A stretch of DNA of 64,000 bases from Octopus sinensis (lineage: Eukaryota): assembly GCF_006345805.1 (NCBI RefSeq), contig NC_043000.1, positions 44,454,001-44,518,000 of the forward strand, given 5' to 3'. This document shows, in pieces, positions 40,354 through 54,894 of the stretch (positions are counted from its first letter, which is position 1; the number at the start of each line of letters is the position of its first letter). The translations under genes and the position numbers were made by a program. The notes beneath the pieces were generated by a model that ran no database searches, was not told the DNA's origin, and worked only from the letters and a program-made list of their open reading frames with translations.

Positions 40354-41604
40354 CTAAGTGTAACAAAAAGGACGTGAATTTCAAGCCTTGAATGTTTTCG
40401 AGCATATGTTAGCCTTATCAAGACTGACACGGAATGAATGTCATCTTGATAACAATTTCTCAGGACCCTAGAAGCATGAGGCAGGTCACATACATAAAAA
40501 TTTACCTGGGCATACCTCTTTCATAATTATTCTAAAGTCATCCATGAGAGCATCATGTAATTTTCTACCTAATGATATAATCTGCTTATGTATTTTTCCA
40601 TATTCTTTGTGCTTGGTTTATTTTACACCAATTCTGTCATTTTAGAATTGTTCCTGGAAACCAATATGGTGTGTTCTTTTTTAGTTATAGAATTTGACTT
40701 TTCACTAAATAGATTTGTAAGAAGCTCAGAAAGAGGAAGGGAGGAATTTCTAATGCAGCTAGGGAGTGCTTATATGTTTATCGATAAATGACGTACAATC
40801 GAATTGATGTAGAACCGAATTGCTATACAACCAAAAGCATACATTCGATTCGACATGAAGAAAATATACTACAGAGCTAGTTTACTTTGACAAACAACAA
40901 GCAAAATATGCAACAGTGTAAAAGGGCAAAAACAAATAGCTTTTAGTTTTAAATTTTATACCGAAAAAAAACATTCAAATGAACAGTTTATATTTACATT
41001 TGCTGATAACTTATCCCAATAACTGGAAGTTATCCTTTATAAAATATATGCGTTAATTAAATAAATTTATATCGTTTTCAATGTAACTATTTCACTGAAT
41101 TATATTGTTTAGTTTTTCATGACATCTATAAATAATCTGCACTCTATTAAATAAATACGTTTATCTTGAAACATTGCCTCCAAATTTGTGACAGTTATTA
41201 GAATACTTTATGATGAAAATGTAAAATCATTCAACAATTCTGGAAAATCTTGATGTAGTATGCAATAAAAATATGAAACACCGCTCAAAGAACAAAACGC
41301 GAAATAAAAAAAACAATTTTGATAAACGAATGAAACTGCCATATTTCATAGTTTATTTTAATGGAATCATGAATTATGAAACATGGGCTGGAATACTAAT
41401 GGCATATTCAGTGACATCACTTCCAAATCATTACTTTTATATGTTATATTATTTTGATATATTACTAGCATATGATAAGAACAGTCTGTAACATACAAAA
41501 AGAAAATAATAACAACGACAAAGCTGGGAAACGTCTATTTAAAAATACAGAGCAAAACACTTTCATCGGGATAATAGAAATGAATTAATCTGAAGACAGT
41601 TACA

Positions 41605-41820
41605 TAAAATATTAAGAAAATAACAAACGATAATTGAAATAAGTTTGATACTTGTGGTTGTTCCACATTGATCATCTGTGACTATAAAACTCCATATGTT
41701 TCCTTAGACTTTAATAAAATATTAAGAAAATAACAAACAATAATTTAAACAAGTTTGATAGTTGCGGCTATTCAACATTGATCTTTTGTGACTATAAAAC
41801 TCTATAAGCTTGCTTAGTTT
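41605..41820 (+). repeat. Diverged tandem duplication, ~110-bp unit x2
   Basis: taaaatattaagaaaataacaaac.ataatt.aaa.aagtttgata.ttg.gg...tgtgactataaaactc is repeated. Confidence 0.85.
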
Positions 41821-42879
41821 TTCATAATGCTTAAGCAAAATGTTATGCTATTTATTTTGTCTGATGGATGATTTCTGCTAGAAATGAAATGTAATCATCT
41901 ATAATACTGATGTGTTCATACGTCATCTGTTCGGACTGGACAACTACAACTTAGAGTCTAATAACAATCGTATGCTATCACATAGAGATATTTCCAGCGA
42001 TTTTATGGAGTGTGTGAAATACAGAGTATGGAAGTGTGTAAATTGAAAAGAAGAGCAGAGATAAGCGTGTTTGGTGAGCCAGAAATAAAATGTATGCAAC
42101 AAAAAAGATCAGAATATCAGAGTGTGGTAAGATAAACAAAAAAATTCGACTGCATGTCTGTGAAGCAGAAGTTGTCGTATGTGATCCAAATCTTTAAAAC
42201 TTCTCGCGTCAATGATATTCATAACAATAATGTTCAAGTTAATGAATGGCAAACCCATATAGATTGATGCATAGATAAAATAGATGCTTGGTTTAGAGAA
42301 CAATTACAGAGGGTGGAAAAACATTATGAAATCTATGGGTGATATGTTTTGTATAAATTTTCTACAATTATATTTACCTTTATTTCTTTTTATTTGATTA
42401 TACGTCTACCAGTAATACTCTAGAACAGATTATATCAGTAAAACGAAAGATCAGATTCAATCAGTTCTCTTAAATTTTATTCACGTCATAAAATTGTCTC
42501 AGTTTCTTACATTAGAGGTTAAAAAGAAAATTAAAAAAAAAGGAAAGGCGTTTACATTCAGCAGCGTTAATGCATGTTTTTCATATTTTCAATCATATGC
42601 GAATTAAATTAAACCCACGCTGGAGTAAATCCATTTTTATGAACATGTCTCAATGGAAACCAATATAATAGTATTTTTTGTTCTGTAAATGGGAAGTTTG
42701 AAAGAAATTGTGGGCTATCAAAAAGGAGCTATAAAATATCTATCTTACTTCTTCTAAACTCTTGTTTTATTATCCTCCACACTGGCCGTTAAAAGAAGTG
42801 CGAGGTCCCTGTCATTGATGGTTTATTTAATAATTTTATACACAGCTTTGTAGAAGCCTAATAAGTAAACATAACGATC

Positions 42880-43290
42880 GGATCTTTTCGGTTTTGAACG
42901 GCAGTTTTTCTAGCGGTGCCATATGAAATTGTCACCCATAATTATGACCCTAGAATGATATATTGCATTTCAATAACATTTAGGGTTAGGGTTAGGGGTG
43001 GGGGAAGGGTAACTATTTTATTCACAAATGTAAATAAAGCCAATCTGTTTCTTAAACGAGGGACATAGTCATACGGCACAGAATGCTTTTTAACTCAATA
43101 GACATCACTGATTGGTTGAAATTCCAGAAATTGAAGAAAAAAACAACAAATATCTAACAAACTATAGAATTTTCTCAATAAACCAAGAGAAAAAGGTGTT
43201 TTATAAACACATTCTACCAGTATATGAAGTTTAAAACTTTTAGTTACCTAGAAATTATGTTAAAAACTGCCGTTCAAACCGACAAGATCC
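42880..43290. mobile_element. MITE with ~30-bp TIRs and 8-bp TSD (Merlin/IS1016-like or hAT)
   Basis: Left TIR ggatcttttcggttttgaacggcagttttt, right TIR aaaaactgccgttcaaaccgacaagatcc. TSD taacgatc at 42872-42879 and 43291-43298. Internal ttagggttagggttaggg. Confidence 0.9.
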
Positions 43291-45754
43291 TAACGATCTT
43301 TCTCCCATAACCTTTTTTTCTCTGCATTTAATTCTAAATATTTATAGCGTTAAGTAATCTGGAGATGTTATAAGGATATCCTTGAAGTGAAGTTAAATAG
43401 CAGATAGGACAATTTATCATTTTTTCGTGCTTCATTAATATATAAAAGAACGTTTCATTCCGATGATAAACACTAAATAATTAATTATTCACGTAATAAA
43501 TTTTAATTTCACGTTTTATGTTTATCAATCGTTACGCTTTATATATTAAAGCAAAACAAAATTTATTTTCTTGAATTAAAATTTTCTAAATCAGAGGTGC
43601 CGAACGCCTGAAAGAAAAAAGAAAAAGCTTAGAAATATGTTTCATATTACAACGATTTTACATTTTCAAATATGAAGCCCCCGTGTGTTGGTTCATGCTC
43701 ATTAATCACATGTAAATATACACGTATTTACATATACCCCACGACTATTTACCCAATCATTTGCATTAACATCAGCGTTTTAGGTCATTAGCTCGAAGAA
43801 CATGCTTATGCATGACAACGAAGATCTAGTGATAAATAGTTCTATTTAGTAACCACTCCGTCCAGCATTTCATCCCACTATTCGGATGTTTGGGGAAATA
43901 AATTCTACTATTGTTTTCTTTGACGAAAATTTGAGAAAGTGATTTCCGGGGCTGAAACTGTGAGGTATCCACTAGGTGTGTGTATGAGGGTGGGGGGGTG
44001 AAGGGGTGTATGTGTGCAGGTGCGTGTACGTGTACGAGCGCTCGAGTGTGCTATAAATATAGTGTGTGTATTTATGTTATGGTATTCGTGCGGCGTGGAT
44101 ACAAATGTTTGTGCGGGTGCGTGGTGTTGTATATATGTGAGCGAATGAAATTGATAATTCAGTCGCTTCTTCCATAGATTTTCAAAATATAAAGGAATTC
44201 TGTCTGAATGCGACTGACTGCTAAAAGGTTAAGAACGCAGAAAGAACTGTCTCTGGTTGAAGCATCTTATTGATTAGTGTATATAAATTTGATATATTCA
44301 GGCCCCTTTATAGAGACACTGAAATTCAAATGTGGTTGCTTAAATTTACTATTATATTTGGTCGAAATTTCCAATGCTGATCTTATAACCACTCTCAATT
44401 AGATATTGGGACTACAATTGTTCAAATCGTCGTGTTTGCTTTTCAGTTGTACATGTTCTTTATGTTATTGCGAAAAACAATTCTCCAATAATTACATCGA
44501 ATATATTTTTCCTTGTATTCTTTATATTGAAGTGAGCATCAGCTTTAGATAGGTGCTTGTCAATGACACCGCCTATATCCTTGCGATCCGGAAGGTTATT
44601 CAAACCGGCAAATAATGCAGATTCTACAGGCTTCCATCCACGTTTCAATATTTGAATCTGAGTGAGATTGTAGGACCTTCAGTTTCAGACATAGGCCACC
44701 CGCGCATAATTTTTTAAATGCAATTCTTTAGTAGAAAGCTCAGTTCTTTTAGTGTTTGAATTCTGTTTCAAAATACTGGAAGTGGTTAGTAATTTTTATA
44801 TACTCTTTCGATGTCCCCATTGAAGCGTTGACAGCTAATAAAGGTCTATAGTTAAGTTCATCACTTTCAACTGCTAGATATATATTTGGATGAGGATTTT
44901 CAGGTTATGCTTTGTATACTAGCCTTTTACGTTGTTTCTCTATTTATTCATGCCTTGGACATGCGTAGTATGGGAGAAGTTGAATATCATCTGTATAATT
45001 TAGATATTATGGGTTTTGTAAACTTAGTTATAATATTTATGAAGAACCGGCATTTTTTTACTGTGTATACATTGCATCCCAAATGAACATTGGGATGTCA
45101 GATATCGTGTTACCCTTATCCTCTGTCACGGCAGAAACCAATACATGTCATTTGTAATGATACTGATGTAAATACCGCTGATTACAGAAGAATATCTCGC
45201 GAGTTCAAATGCTCTCAGAAGGAGAGATTTAGATACAGATGTTAAAAGTTTATTCACAGTCTTCATCTAATCTACACTGGTATTTGTAAGTTGATAGTTA
45301 ATGCTAATGGCACTGTTCAAAATATTTTCCTTAAATCTCCGTATCAATTTCTTGACTTATATGTATTTTAGTCTCTGAGGTAGACGGTCCTCTTCATAAT
45401 AGGTAATAGCAATCTTACTGTAATTCATTATTGCATACAACTCATTATATATACATTGTCCACAGAAAAATATATTAAATCCAATTTTTTTCCGTGTTAG
45501 ATAATATCCTATCAATTTACTCATAAAGTTCGCACACTTTTTCAGCGAAACTATACGAACATTACCCATTGCTGCTAGTACAAAATACATTAAACATGGG
45601 ATATGAACGCTAAAACCAAGTGCACATGCACAGCAGAGATCTATGTCAATTTTTGTCAAGCTCGTTGTTTCCTTTGTGTGCTTTAGCTGCATTCTGGACG
45701 CTTATTGATCAGACGCCGTATATGTATTTGTATATCTGTGCATTTATATGCGTG

Positions 45755-45788
<34 letters not shown>

Positions 45789-45792
<4 letters not shown>

Positions 45793-46009
45793 ACAGCTGT
45801 ACACAGACTACGTGACAAGAAACTAAACTGGTACTCATTTCCATGTATGTAAGAGAAGCAAAGGGGTAAGAAAGCAGCGTAAAAAGTAACAACGTTGATA
45901 GTGGAATGTATACATTATCACTTAGTGAAGTGGGTTCACAATTACATACATCGATACGTTTACATACATATACATGTAGATATTCATGTGTGTGTATGTA
46001 TGTGTATAA

Positions 46010-46040
<31 letters not shown>

Positions 46041-46254
46041 AACATATATACACACATATTTATACACATATATAGTATTTATACGTATCGATGTATGTAA
46101 TTATGAAAGTACTTGACTAAGAGATAATGTATATATTCCACTATCATAATTATTACCTTTTACGTTGTTCTTCTTACCCATTGCTTCCCTTATACACATG
46201 AAAATGAGTACAAGTTTAGTGTTCCTGTCACATAGTCTGTGTACAGGTGTCACA
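45789..46254. mobile_element. Fold-back/MITE with ~180-bp inverted arms and a microsatellite spacer
   Basis: 45789-45965 is the diverged reverse complement of ~46083-46254. Ends are tgtgac...gtcaca with TA on both sides. Confidence 0.8.
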
Positions 46255-46715
46255 TATTCAATCTTCAGATTGGTCACAAGAGAAAAAGGAATAAATGCAT
46301 AGGCACCTACAGGAGTTAGCGAACGCTGTGAGCATACCAACTCACCATGCAAGTGGTGCATTGATAACAAATGCATCAGAATTATTACTTGAACTCAATT
46401 CATATATTACAATGTATTTTATATTTACTTCCTGACTTCATTCCAAACACATACCTGATGCAAATAGGATGAAATAAAATCGTGCTTCTCCGAACCACAT
46501 CTTGGCTTGATTTATCTGTGTGTCAATGCCAATCACTTCTTCAGTTAAAACCATACATCCATTTCAATTATGTAACATTAAGGAACGAAAATTGCTAAAA
46601 ATGAATATGGGTCTGCCATTCTCTCTAGTAATACGCGTGCATGAGAGTATATGTATGTATATGGGTGTGTATACATATATGTACACACATATATGCACGC
46701 GGACATATATGTATG

Positions 46716-46786
<71 letters not shown>

Positions 46787-46807
46787 ATATATATATATAT
46801 GTATGTG

Positions 46808-46852
<45 letters not shown>

Positions 46853-47026
46853 ACATAGTGCAGGAGGTAATTAATGACCAGTTAAATGAAGATTGTTGGC
46901 ATGTATTTAAAAACGTTTGCAGATAATTTATAACGCTATGAACAACGCCATCAAAAAGGAAATGCCAATATTGCATGCCCATCTTATCTACACCAATAGG
47001 TAAAACGCACGCATGTACATGCTTAT

Positions 47027-50000
47027 TATTACGATTAGACAAAAGGAAACAGTAAATATGACAAACAAGTCCATAATAATTCAATTATGCATTGTGAAAG
47101 AAATGTTGCAGGAATCCACACCAAACTAAGCGAAAGCTGTCAATATTTTAGAGTTCCCGGCACAAAGCCGTCACAAAATGTGAGAGCTTGAACTAGAGCT
47201 GTAATAAATAGATTTGAGTTTGCCAGTCATTACTGTTTGAAAATCTCGTGTTGGAGATCGACGTCGTCAATTTCCTTGTTTCATTCCAAATTCTCAAAAA
47301 GGAGTCTGATCTTTTTATCTCCTTGTGTTTGTACGGTGTTTACGTTGGTTATAGTAGTATGTAGATACTGACAGCGAGATAGAGGCGAAAGACAGAAAGA
47401 TGCAATCATTCTGCTGGTCATTTTAGCAGCGACATAGAAAGAGAGGATGACCCTTGTCATACTAAAGCGTGCTAGTGTAAGTTGTAAATATCATAGTCGT
47501 CTCCTGTCGTCTTCATCCAACCAACTCCTTCTACTCACTAACTTTGGCTTATGGAATTTTGGTATGTATAATTATCGCAGAAAAATGAGAAAAAGAGAGA
47601 GATGTCACCGAGAACAATGGAAAACATTTGTAGGTGCCTCTTATTTAATTTCAGCTTTTTCTGCCATAGGAGAGGTCAAAAATGTCAAGTGGGAAATATA
47701 TGAATTTATTTGGCAGGCCATGTGTTGAGCGTAACTGCTGTCAACCATTGCATTTTCCGTGAGAAAAGGCCGTTGTAAGGGGAGTTCTATAAATTCAGGT
47801 TCGCATCTACATGCCGAAACAGAATTCACTGTCTCCTATTTCCAAGGAAAACACACTTTCCTAACACTCACACCCACTTAGGGTAACGAAAGTATCACAA
47901 ACGCTTTCTGTAACAATAACAGTGATAATACACTTAACATCGTAAGTAAAACACTGAAGTATGATATACAATGCAGATACAGAAAACAAAATCCTTTGCA
48001 ATCACAAGAGCGGCAATCCTACGAAGAGGAATAGCTTGAGGAAATCTGGCAGAAGCACATATGATAGTGAGAGGACACCAAGTAACAGAGTTAGTCTTAG
48101 GTAAGTAATCAACATGACTGAAATGTTTTCTAACAATTTGGCATGCACGGCAGTTTTTACAAAATTCAGCCACATCTTGATCCAAACTAGGCAAAACGAA
48201 ATATACCAATTTTTTTCAGATGCTTTATCTGCCATGGGACCTTCATGTGACACTGAAAGCACATGATTCCGAAACAATTTAGGTACCACAATTTGATGGT
48301 ACACTTTCCACACATACCCCGCGGAAATGTCCGGTGGTCTATATTTCCTCATCATAATATCATCCCGAAAGCAGTAGCAAACTGGAATCTAGCTAATCTC
48401 CTCAAAAGAAATAGCCTTATTAGCTAACTTCTGTAAGTCAGCATTCTCACTCTGCGTACTAACAAATTGCTCTCTAGAAAGAATGCTTATACCTTGCAAA
48501 AAGAATGATCCATGAAATTACCTGACAAATCACAAATGGATTACTTAGGTAAAGAAGACTTGGAAGAGATGTCTTTCGACATCGAACGAATAACTTCACA
48601 AGAAAGAAAAATACCGGAAAAATCCTCCTCTATCTTTTCTGTACTAGCTGAACTCTCTGGAGAAACAGTGATCATGGGATCAGCAACACATTGGATCCCA
48701 TAAGATCACTTCTAATCAATAAATCGACACACGGAACTGGAGGAGAGTCAAGAACACCTACTTTCGCCTCACTAGAAATCAAATCTGCTGTTAAATTGAC
48801 AAAATGGAGGGGAGCGAGAAAATAGCCACCTATAGTCTGAAGCGAAACCTCTGAGTTCGCTGAAAGGAAATATATCCTTCAATATCAGGGACTGGAGAGT
48901 TCCAGTATCCCGCAAAATATTAATGGCAGAATTATACCCATGACACGGAACTTTTGTAAACAAAGGACAAAAGCTTCCGAACTATGGAATCTGGAAGTTC
49001 TCTTTCACAATTAAAACTCTCCAAAGAGAAAGGATTAGGTGCGACAGAAACAAAAGCATTTGGGAAAACCGTGGACTGATATGTTTGAGACATGCCGGAA
49101 TCAAATGACCTGGCCTCTTACAATATGCACATACAGGACCGAAACCAGTGGGAATCCTAGAATTAAGCTAGGGTGAATGGGACCGCCTCTCCGAAAAAAA
49201 GTGATCTCGTTCTATCACCACTGGAACCTGCAAGACCTGAACTCCTACCCGGGAAAAAACCCTTTTGAACCAGAAGACGATGATCAAAAGAATCGCTGTG
49301 AGTCAGGTAATAGTCATCCGCCAACATAGCGGCATTATGAGAAAACACCATCCTTTCTTTCATCCAAATATATCCTGAGATCGGAATGAACACTCTGTTT
49401 GAAATCCTCCATCAAAACTGCCTCAAGATATCAACATATGTGACCACCTTAGAACTACACCACCAATCAAAGAAAGTTTCTCTCTTCCTAGCAAACTCTA
49501 CAAAAATCTCATTGTCTCTTTTATGAGCATTCCTGAATGTTTGTTGATAAGCTTTGAGTACTAACTCATAAGTGTTTAGTTATGTCCCCTTAACCAGATC
49601 ATAATCTGAACGCTATTCTGCAGATAAGGCCGTAAATGTGTATTGAGCTTTACCTGGCAACATACTTTGCAGTCGCATAGTCCACGACTCCTTAAGCCAC
49701 TTGATGTTTTCAGAAACCTTTTCGACATGTAGAAAATACTTCTCTACCTCTTTTTCATTGAAAGGAAGAACTAGTCTGGCATATCTCGCAACTTCGAAAC
49801 AGGGAAGATTTGAGGGAGGAAAAGAAGTTTCTATCTTTTAAGCTCAATTTCTTTTCCTAACTTCATTTCTAATTGGACCTGAAGCCTTTTTTATTTCCAA
49901 ATCATCTGAAGGTTCTTCCGTTACTATCTCTAAAACATGATGTTCAAAGTCTACTTCATCGACGAAGTGATTCAAAACAATTTTCAAGATCTGACACTTC

Positions 50001-50465
50001 CTCATAGCAGGTTTAGCCCTAAATTTGAAGTGCGCCGAAATGTCCGACAGATCCGATTTGCGCAAGGTACCTACTGCCTCACAGATAGGGGACTTTAGAA
50101 AATCCTACAGTTTAAAAGACATTTTTGTTTTATTGGTTTCAGTCAAAAAAAAAGTGGTTATGCAGAAAAATGAAATAGATCTTTTTTTTTGGGGGGGGGG
50201 ATGTCTCTTCGATATCCCTGAGTAGCCCCCACGTTTGTTACGGTTAGACAAAAAGGAAATGGCAATTATACGAAACAAGTCCATAATAATTCAGTTATGT
50301 ATTAAGGAAGAAATATTGCAAAAACTCACATTGAAGTCAGCGAAAGCTATTACAATATTTTAGAGTTCACGGCAAAAAGCCGTCACATAATTAATTTAGA
50401 GTTCTAAGCAGAGCTGTTACAGATAGATTTGAGTTTACCAGTCCTTATTAGTTGAGAATCTAGTT
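47027..50465 (-). mobile_element. Degenerate Gypsy LTR retrotransposon, Gmr1-like lineage, RT/RNaseH missing
   Basis: Homologous LTR segments at ~47027-47250 and ~50236-50465. gag: ARLVLPFNEKEVEKYFLHVEK...LQSMLPGKAQ...KAYQQTFR. Knuckle CAYCKRPGHLIPAC. Protease ILRDTG at 48901-48918. Integrase begins IVVPKLFRNHVLSVSHEG...DVAEFCKNCRACQ...TIICASARFPQAIPLR, with no RT between protease and integrase. Confidence 0.85.
50214..50231 (-). promoter_or_regulatory. Primer-binding site, tRNA-Pro-like
   Basis: Minus strand TGGGGGCTACTCAGGGAT next to the LTR end (…ccgtaaca). It is 15/18 identical to TGGGGGCTCGTCCGGGAT, the complement of the tRNA-Pro 3' end. Confidence 0.75.
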
Positions 50466-52069
50466 ATCTTCTTGTGAGTTTATATACTTCAAATTTTACT
50501 TACATATGTGTTAACACACACACGCGTGGACACACACACACACACACACACATATATATGTATGTATTTATCGAGTTTCACATAGACGCACACCTACCCA
50601 CATATGTGTGCGCATGTGTTAATTTCTGTACATTTTGTATGTTTATATGCAGTATGTATAAAGTTATATGTATCGGAGAGATAAGAAAGATATTTCTGCT
50701 CACATGCTTAAATTTATATGCATGTACAGGTTAGATGTAATAAATACATTTCATTTATATATATATATATAACATGTGTACAAATGTATGTGTATGTGTG
50801 CGTGTGTATGTGAGTATGTACATAAATATTTCTGTAAATGTTTCTACATCTATTTGTGTAGGCATCATATATACTTGTCTATGAATAGGTATTAGACTTT
50901 CAAGTTCAATTATTTGCTAATGTGTATTCACGTATCCCTGCGTCACGGTGAGATAAATCGTTCGTCGTTGTGTGGGAAAATATGTAATGTTTATGATATG
51001 AACAAATGAAGTGTGAAATTTCTGAACTGGGAACAGATTCTGCATTTGTCGCTCGCTCCATGGAATGATTTCAACTTTGGCTTCTGCTTTAATACTTGCA
51101 ACAAACCTAATGTAGCACAAGTTATTTCAGTGCTTTAAAATATCGAGCGTTATCGGTTGAAAAATGAAAACTAACGCATCAAAAGTTATTTCTACATCAC
51201 CCAAAGTTGAGGATTTTTTCGTTATAAAATATGGAAATCTGAATAAAATGTAACTTCTGAAACTGTTATACATGCATAGATGAATATAATCAAGCAAGCA
51301 CACACAGACACACACACACACACACACTCACACAGACACGCGCGCGCACGCACACGCATATAAAACTATTTCTGAATTGATCAGATGTTACCGACACAAG
51401 CGAGCATGTATTTATGTTTATGAATATATATATATATATTTATATATACACACATATATATATATTGTGTATATACATATATATATTTATATATATGCAC
51501 ACGCACAGATCTATGTATATAATGGATATTTATATTTATACACACCTATCCATGTAGATATATATGTATATACTCTAATGTCTATGTATATATACATTGA
51601 TAAATAAGTATTAATATAGATTAGTATATATATGCAATTTTACATTGAAGTGGTGCATATCAGTTTGTACCTACGTGTACTGTATGCTTGCATAAATATA
51701 CAAACAAGATAAAAAAAAACTTATAGATTCATTAAAAGCACAGCAGTCAATTATGCTGCTGTGTGGTTAATTTCATTTTAAACTTTGTGAATGCAGTAAA
51801 CACCGATAGCTTGTACTGGACATGTCAGAGAAATGTTGAGTGTAAAAGAGACTTTGTTTAAGGATTTAACATAGAAAGCATTACCTATAAACTAAAGACG
51901 TATTTATTTATTTTTAATCAATTGGAATTTTGTCTTTTCATTTGAGAGCACAACGTGGTTCTTAAGTTTGTTTGCGTAGTTTATTCTATTACAAGTATGT
52001 TTCACAACTCATCAAATTGCTGATAACTTTCGCCCTTCGTCATAGATAAGAACAATGACTGTATAGATT

Positions 52070-52440
52070 GTTGTATAGTACTATTCCAATCTGAATATAG
52101 TTTTGTAGTGTCAACTTGGATAAGTGTCTTCAATTACAGCCTCGGCTGACCAAATCCTTGTGGGTGCGTTTGGCAGACAGTAACAGAAAATAGCATGCAG
52201 TGTGTGTGTGTGTGTGTGTGTGCTTGTCTTTGTTTATCTTTGTGTCTCACGACGTCCCCCACTACGGTTTGACAACAGTGTTGTGTTTATATCTGAGTAG
52301 CTTAACAGTTCGGCGAAAAAAGAAACGATGGAATAGGTCTCAGGCTTAAAAATATATAAGTACTGGGGTTGCTTCATTCAAGTAAACATTCTTCACGGCG
52401 GTGCCCCAGCGTGCCATAGTCGAAATCTGAAACAATTCAA
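52070..52440 (+). mobile_element. SINE family D copy (core-like ttggataagtgtcttc, internal (GT)n, tail ggcggtgccccagc)
   Basis: Tail motif is shared with fragments at ~7825-7880 and ~21150-21190. Confidence 0.65.
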
Positions 52441-54577
52441 AGATTCCTGCTTCAATTAGGTAGATGTTGGTTTGTTAATAAAACATTTTTTCTATATGGA
52501 ATCGTGAGTATTGTCAAACTTAATTTTAAATAAGGAATTAGAACTGAATGTTATGTTTCTCAGTTTATGTTCCTCACTATGATCAATTGTTGTCCTTATC
52601 ACTGAATTAATTTTGTTGTCCAATTTTGTTTTCAATTATGAAAACACTACTCGAAAAAGAAATGCATACCTTATACTTCAGGCTAAATATAGCGTACTCA
52701 TATCCCAGCCCTAAAGAGTTAGACTAAAACCAAGCAAATCAAATAAGTATTTTACCCTATATCATTGTTTCACATACATCTGAGATAAGTATTTAATACT
52801 AAGTGTATCTATTTAGACAAAAGAGATTTCAACTTTTCGGCCACGAAAATATAGCAATGTATTGAAAACTTCCAAATGCCATACACGTAAATATGAGTGG
52901 TTACTGTCCTTCCACAGATATATTGTCTATTGATATATAAGTCGCATATTTCAGTGCCTCATTGTCAGTCCTTCCCACTGTTCCATAAAGACAGAATGAA
53001 TAGAATGCCAAGCTATTAGGAAGACTAGTCAACACTTATATGTTACACAAGAAGAGATGACATGATTTGTAACCCAGACAATTCTCTTTTTTTCCCTCTA
53101 ACGCTAAGCTATGTTTGCATTGGTTGTCCCCATTTCAAATTTCTTTCATTGTGCTAGTAGCAAACTCGATATTATGATCATGTCAACCATCATAACATTT
53201 AAAAAAGATAACATGAAAAGTTATCTCTAAGATTTAACATAGTGCTGAGTCTAATATACACAAATCTCTCATGATAAGTGAAATAATTTGCAACGTCAAA
53301 ATTACTCTCCCTAGACGATTCATTGGCCATACACAACTGCTGATCAATGGAAATTAAGGAGACTTCTTTTAATCTACTGAGATATCTTCAGAATATAATT
53401 TATAATATCCTTATTAACACTAACTTATGAACTATTTTAGGATAACATGTTGCAAAATATTCCAAAGCTGCAACAAATTTGTATCGTTTTTAGAACTCTG
53501 CATGATTTCTGAATTTTTCCTGGTGTCACGTAAGATGAAATGCATAGAGGTCTGCCAACACAATCAAAAAACGAAAACGTCAGAATCCTTTAAAGTTCTA
53601 TGACGCGCAAAAATGTCCCCGGAAACTCATCGGGAATATGATTGCGATAATCCATTACTTTTTGTTTATCTTTTCAAGTTAATCAGATTCACTTTTATTA
53701 CATGGCATTACTAATTAGGAATATTTCTATTGAGATTAATTGTTATGAAAGTTTAAAAACATTATATGGGGATGACGTTTACAGTATTAAAATGTCAACG
53801 TACTGGTGATTGAAAAGCCTTCGATTATATACGAATTACCTATTTGATCAACGTGAATCAACTGTTTAACAACACACACACACACACACACAAAAGAAAA
53901 AATCCTTATTATAATTCTCAAATATGCTCAAACTTTGTTTCTCCTGCTGTCAGACCTGGAAAAGCGAGCCCTCTTGGACAGTGAATTTCGAAATGTCTTA
54001 GAGTAACATTTAGTGCAAGGTTTTATTAATGAAACATGTGGTGAAAACGAAACTTCATGATGCAGTGTTTTCAGAAACGCTGAAGTAACCTTAATACAAT
54101 AGAAATGCAATAGTACCTGAAAATATAAAATAACTTGTTCAATATTGCAGCGAAATTTTGTATCGGATGTGTGTCGCTGACGGTAAATTTAAAACCTTGT
54201 GTCAGATGACTAGAAGATAGAAACGGAAACGTATGTATGTACAATAATAGTATATCATGCTTTGAATCAGTGAAGAACATCAATTAGACGGAATGTTTTT
54301 ATCAATGTTTTAAATCAAACGTTGCAATAATCGCAATAATTTTCATTGGAATTCTTTTATGAAACGTTGCGATAATTGAACAAAAACTTAAATATTAGAA
54401 GAGTCAATTATACTTGAAGGCTATGTCTGATAGGCAGAAATACAAAACAAAAAAGATGATCAATTTAAATGCATAGTTACGATAAAAAGCTGACACGTGG
54501 TTGTTTTTGGCGAAAGAAATCAGCGGAAAACATTTTATTTCTAAAACGAAATGTTATATGCTGTCATATATATATTT

Positions 54578-54627
<50 letters not shown>

Positions 54628-54894
54628 GCAATTAAGGACAACTACTTAATAAGGAAACCTTAACAAGAAATTGTCAGGTAGATAGCGTGAAAACCTCATA
54701 AGAGAAAAAATTTCGAAAATAATTATTTCTTATTGAACATATTAATTTATATATAGAGAGGGCATTATACATACATGCCAGAAGGCATTATACATACAAG
54801 CCACACGCTAAGAGGGACAATTAGTCATTTCTACCAAAAATATTACTAATCCCACCGAATGCAATTTTTCAAAGTAAGACATTTAAAAAAATAT

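Noticed and set aside
42982-43000. Telomere or interstitial telomere
   Set aside because: Only about three TTAGGG units, inside a MITE.
46520-47084. Multiple IY/HT-repeat ORFs
   Set aside because: (TA)/(CA) microsatellite artefacts; the same applies at 5.0-5.7, 20.8-21.1, 23.9-24.2, 25.6-25.8 and 29.6-29.9 kb.
53928-54125. Strong minus-strand acceptor (ttattttatattttcag at ~54118-54134)
   Set aside because: No downstream donor or recognisable reading frame; cannot support an exon call.
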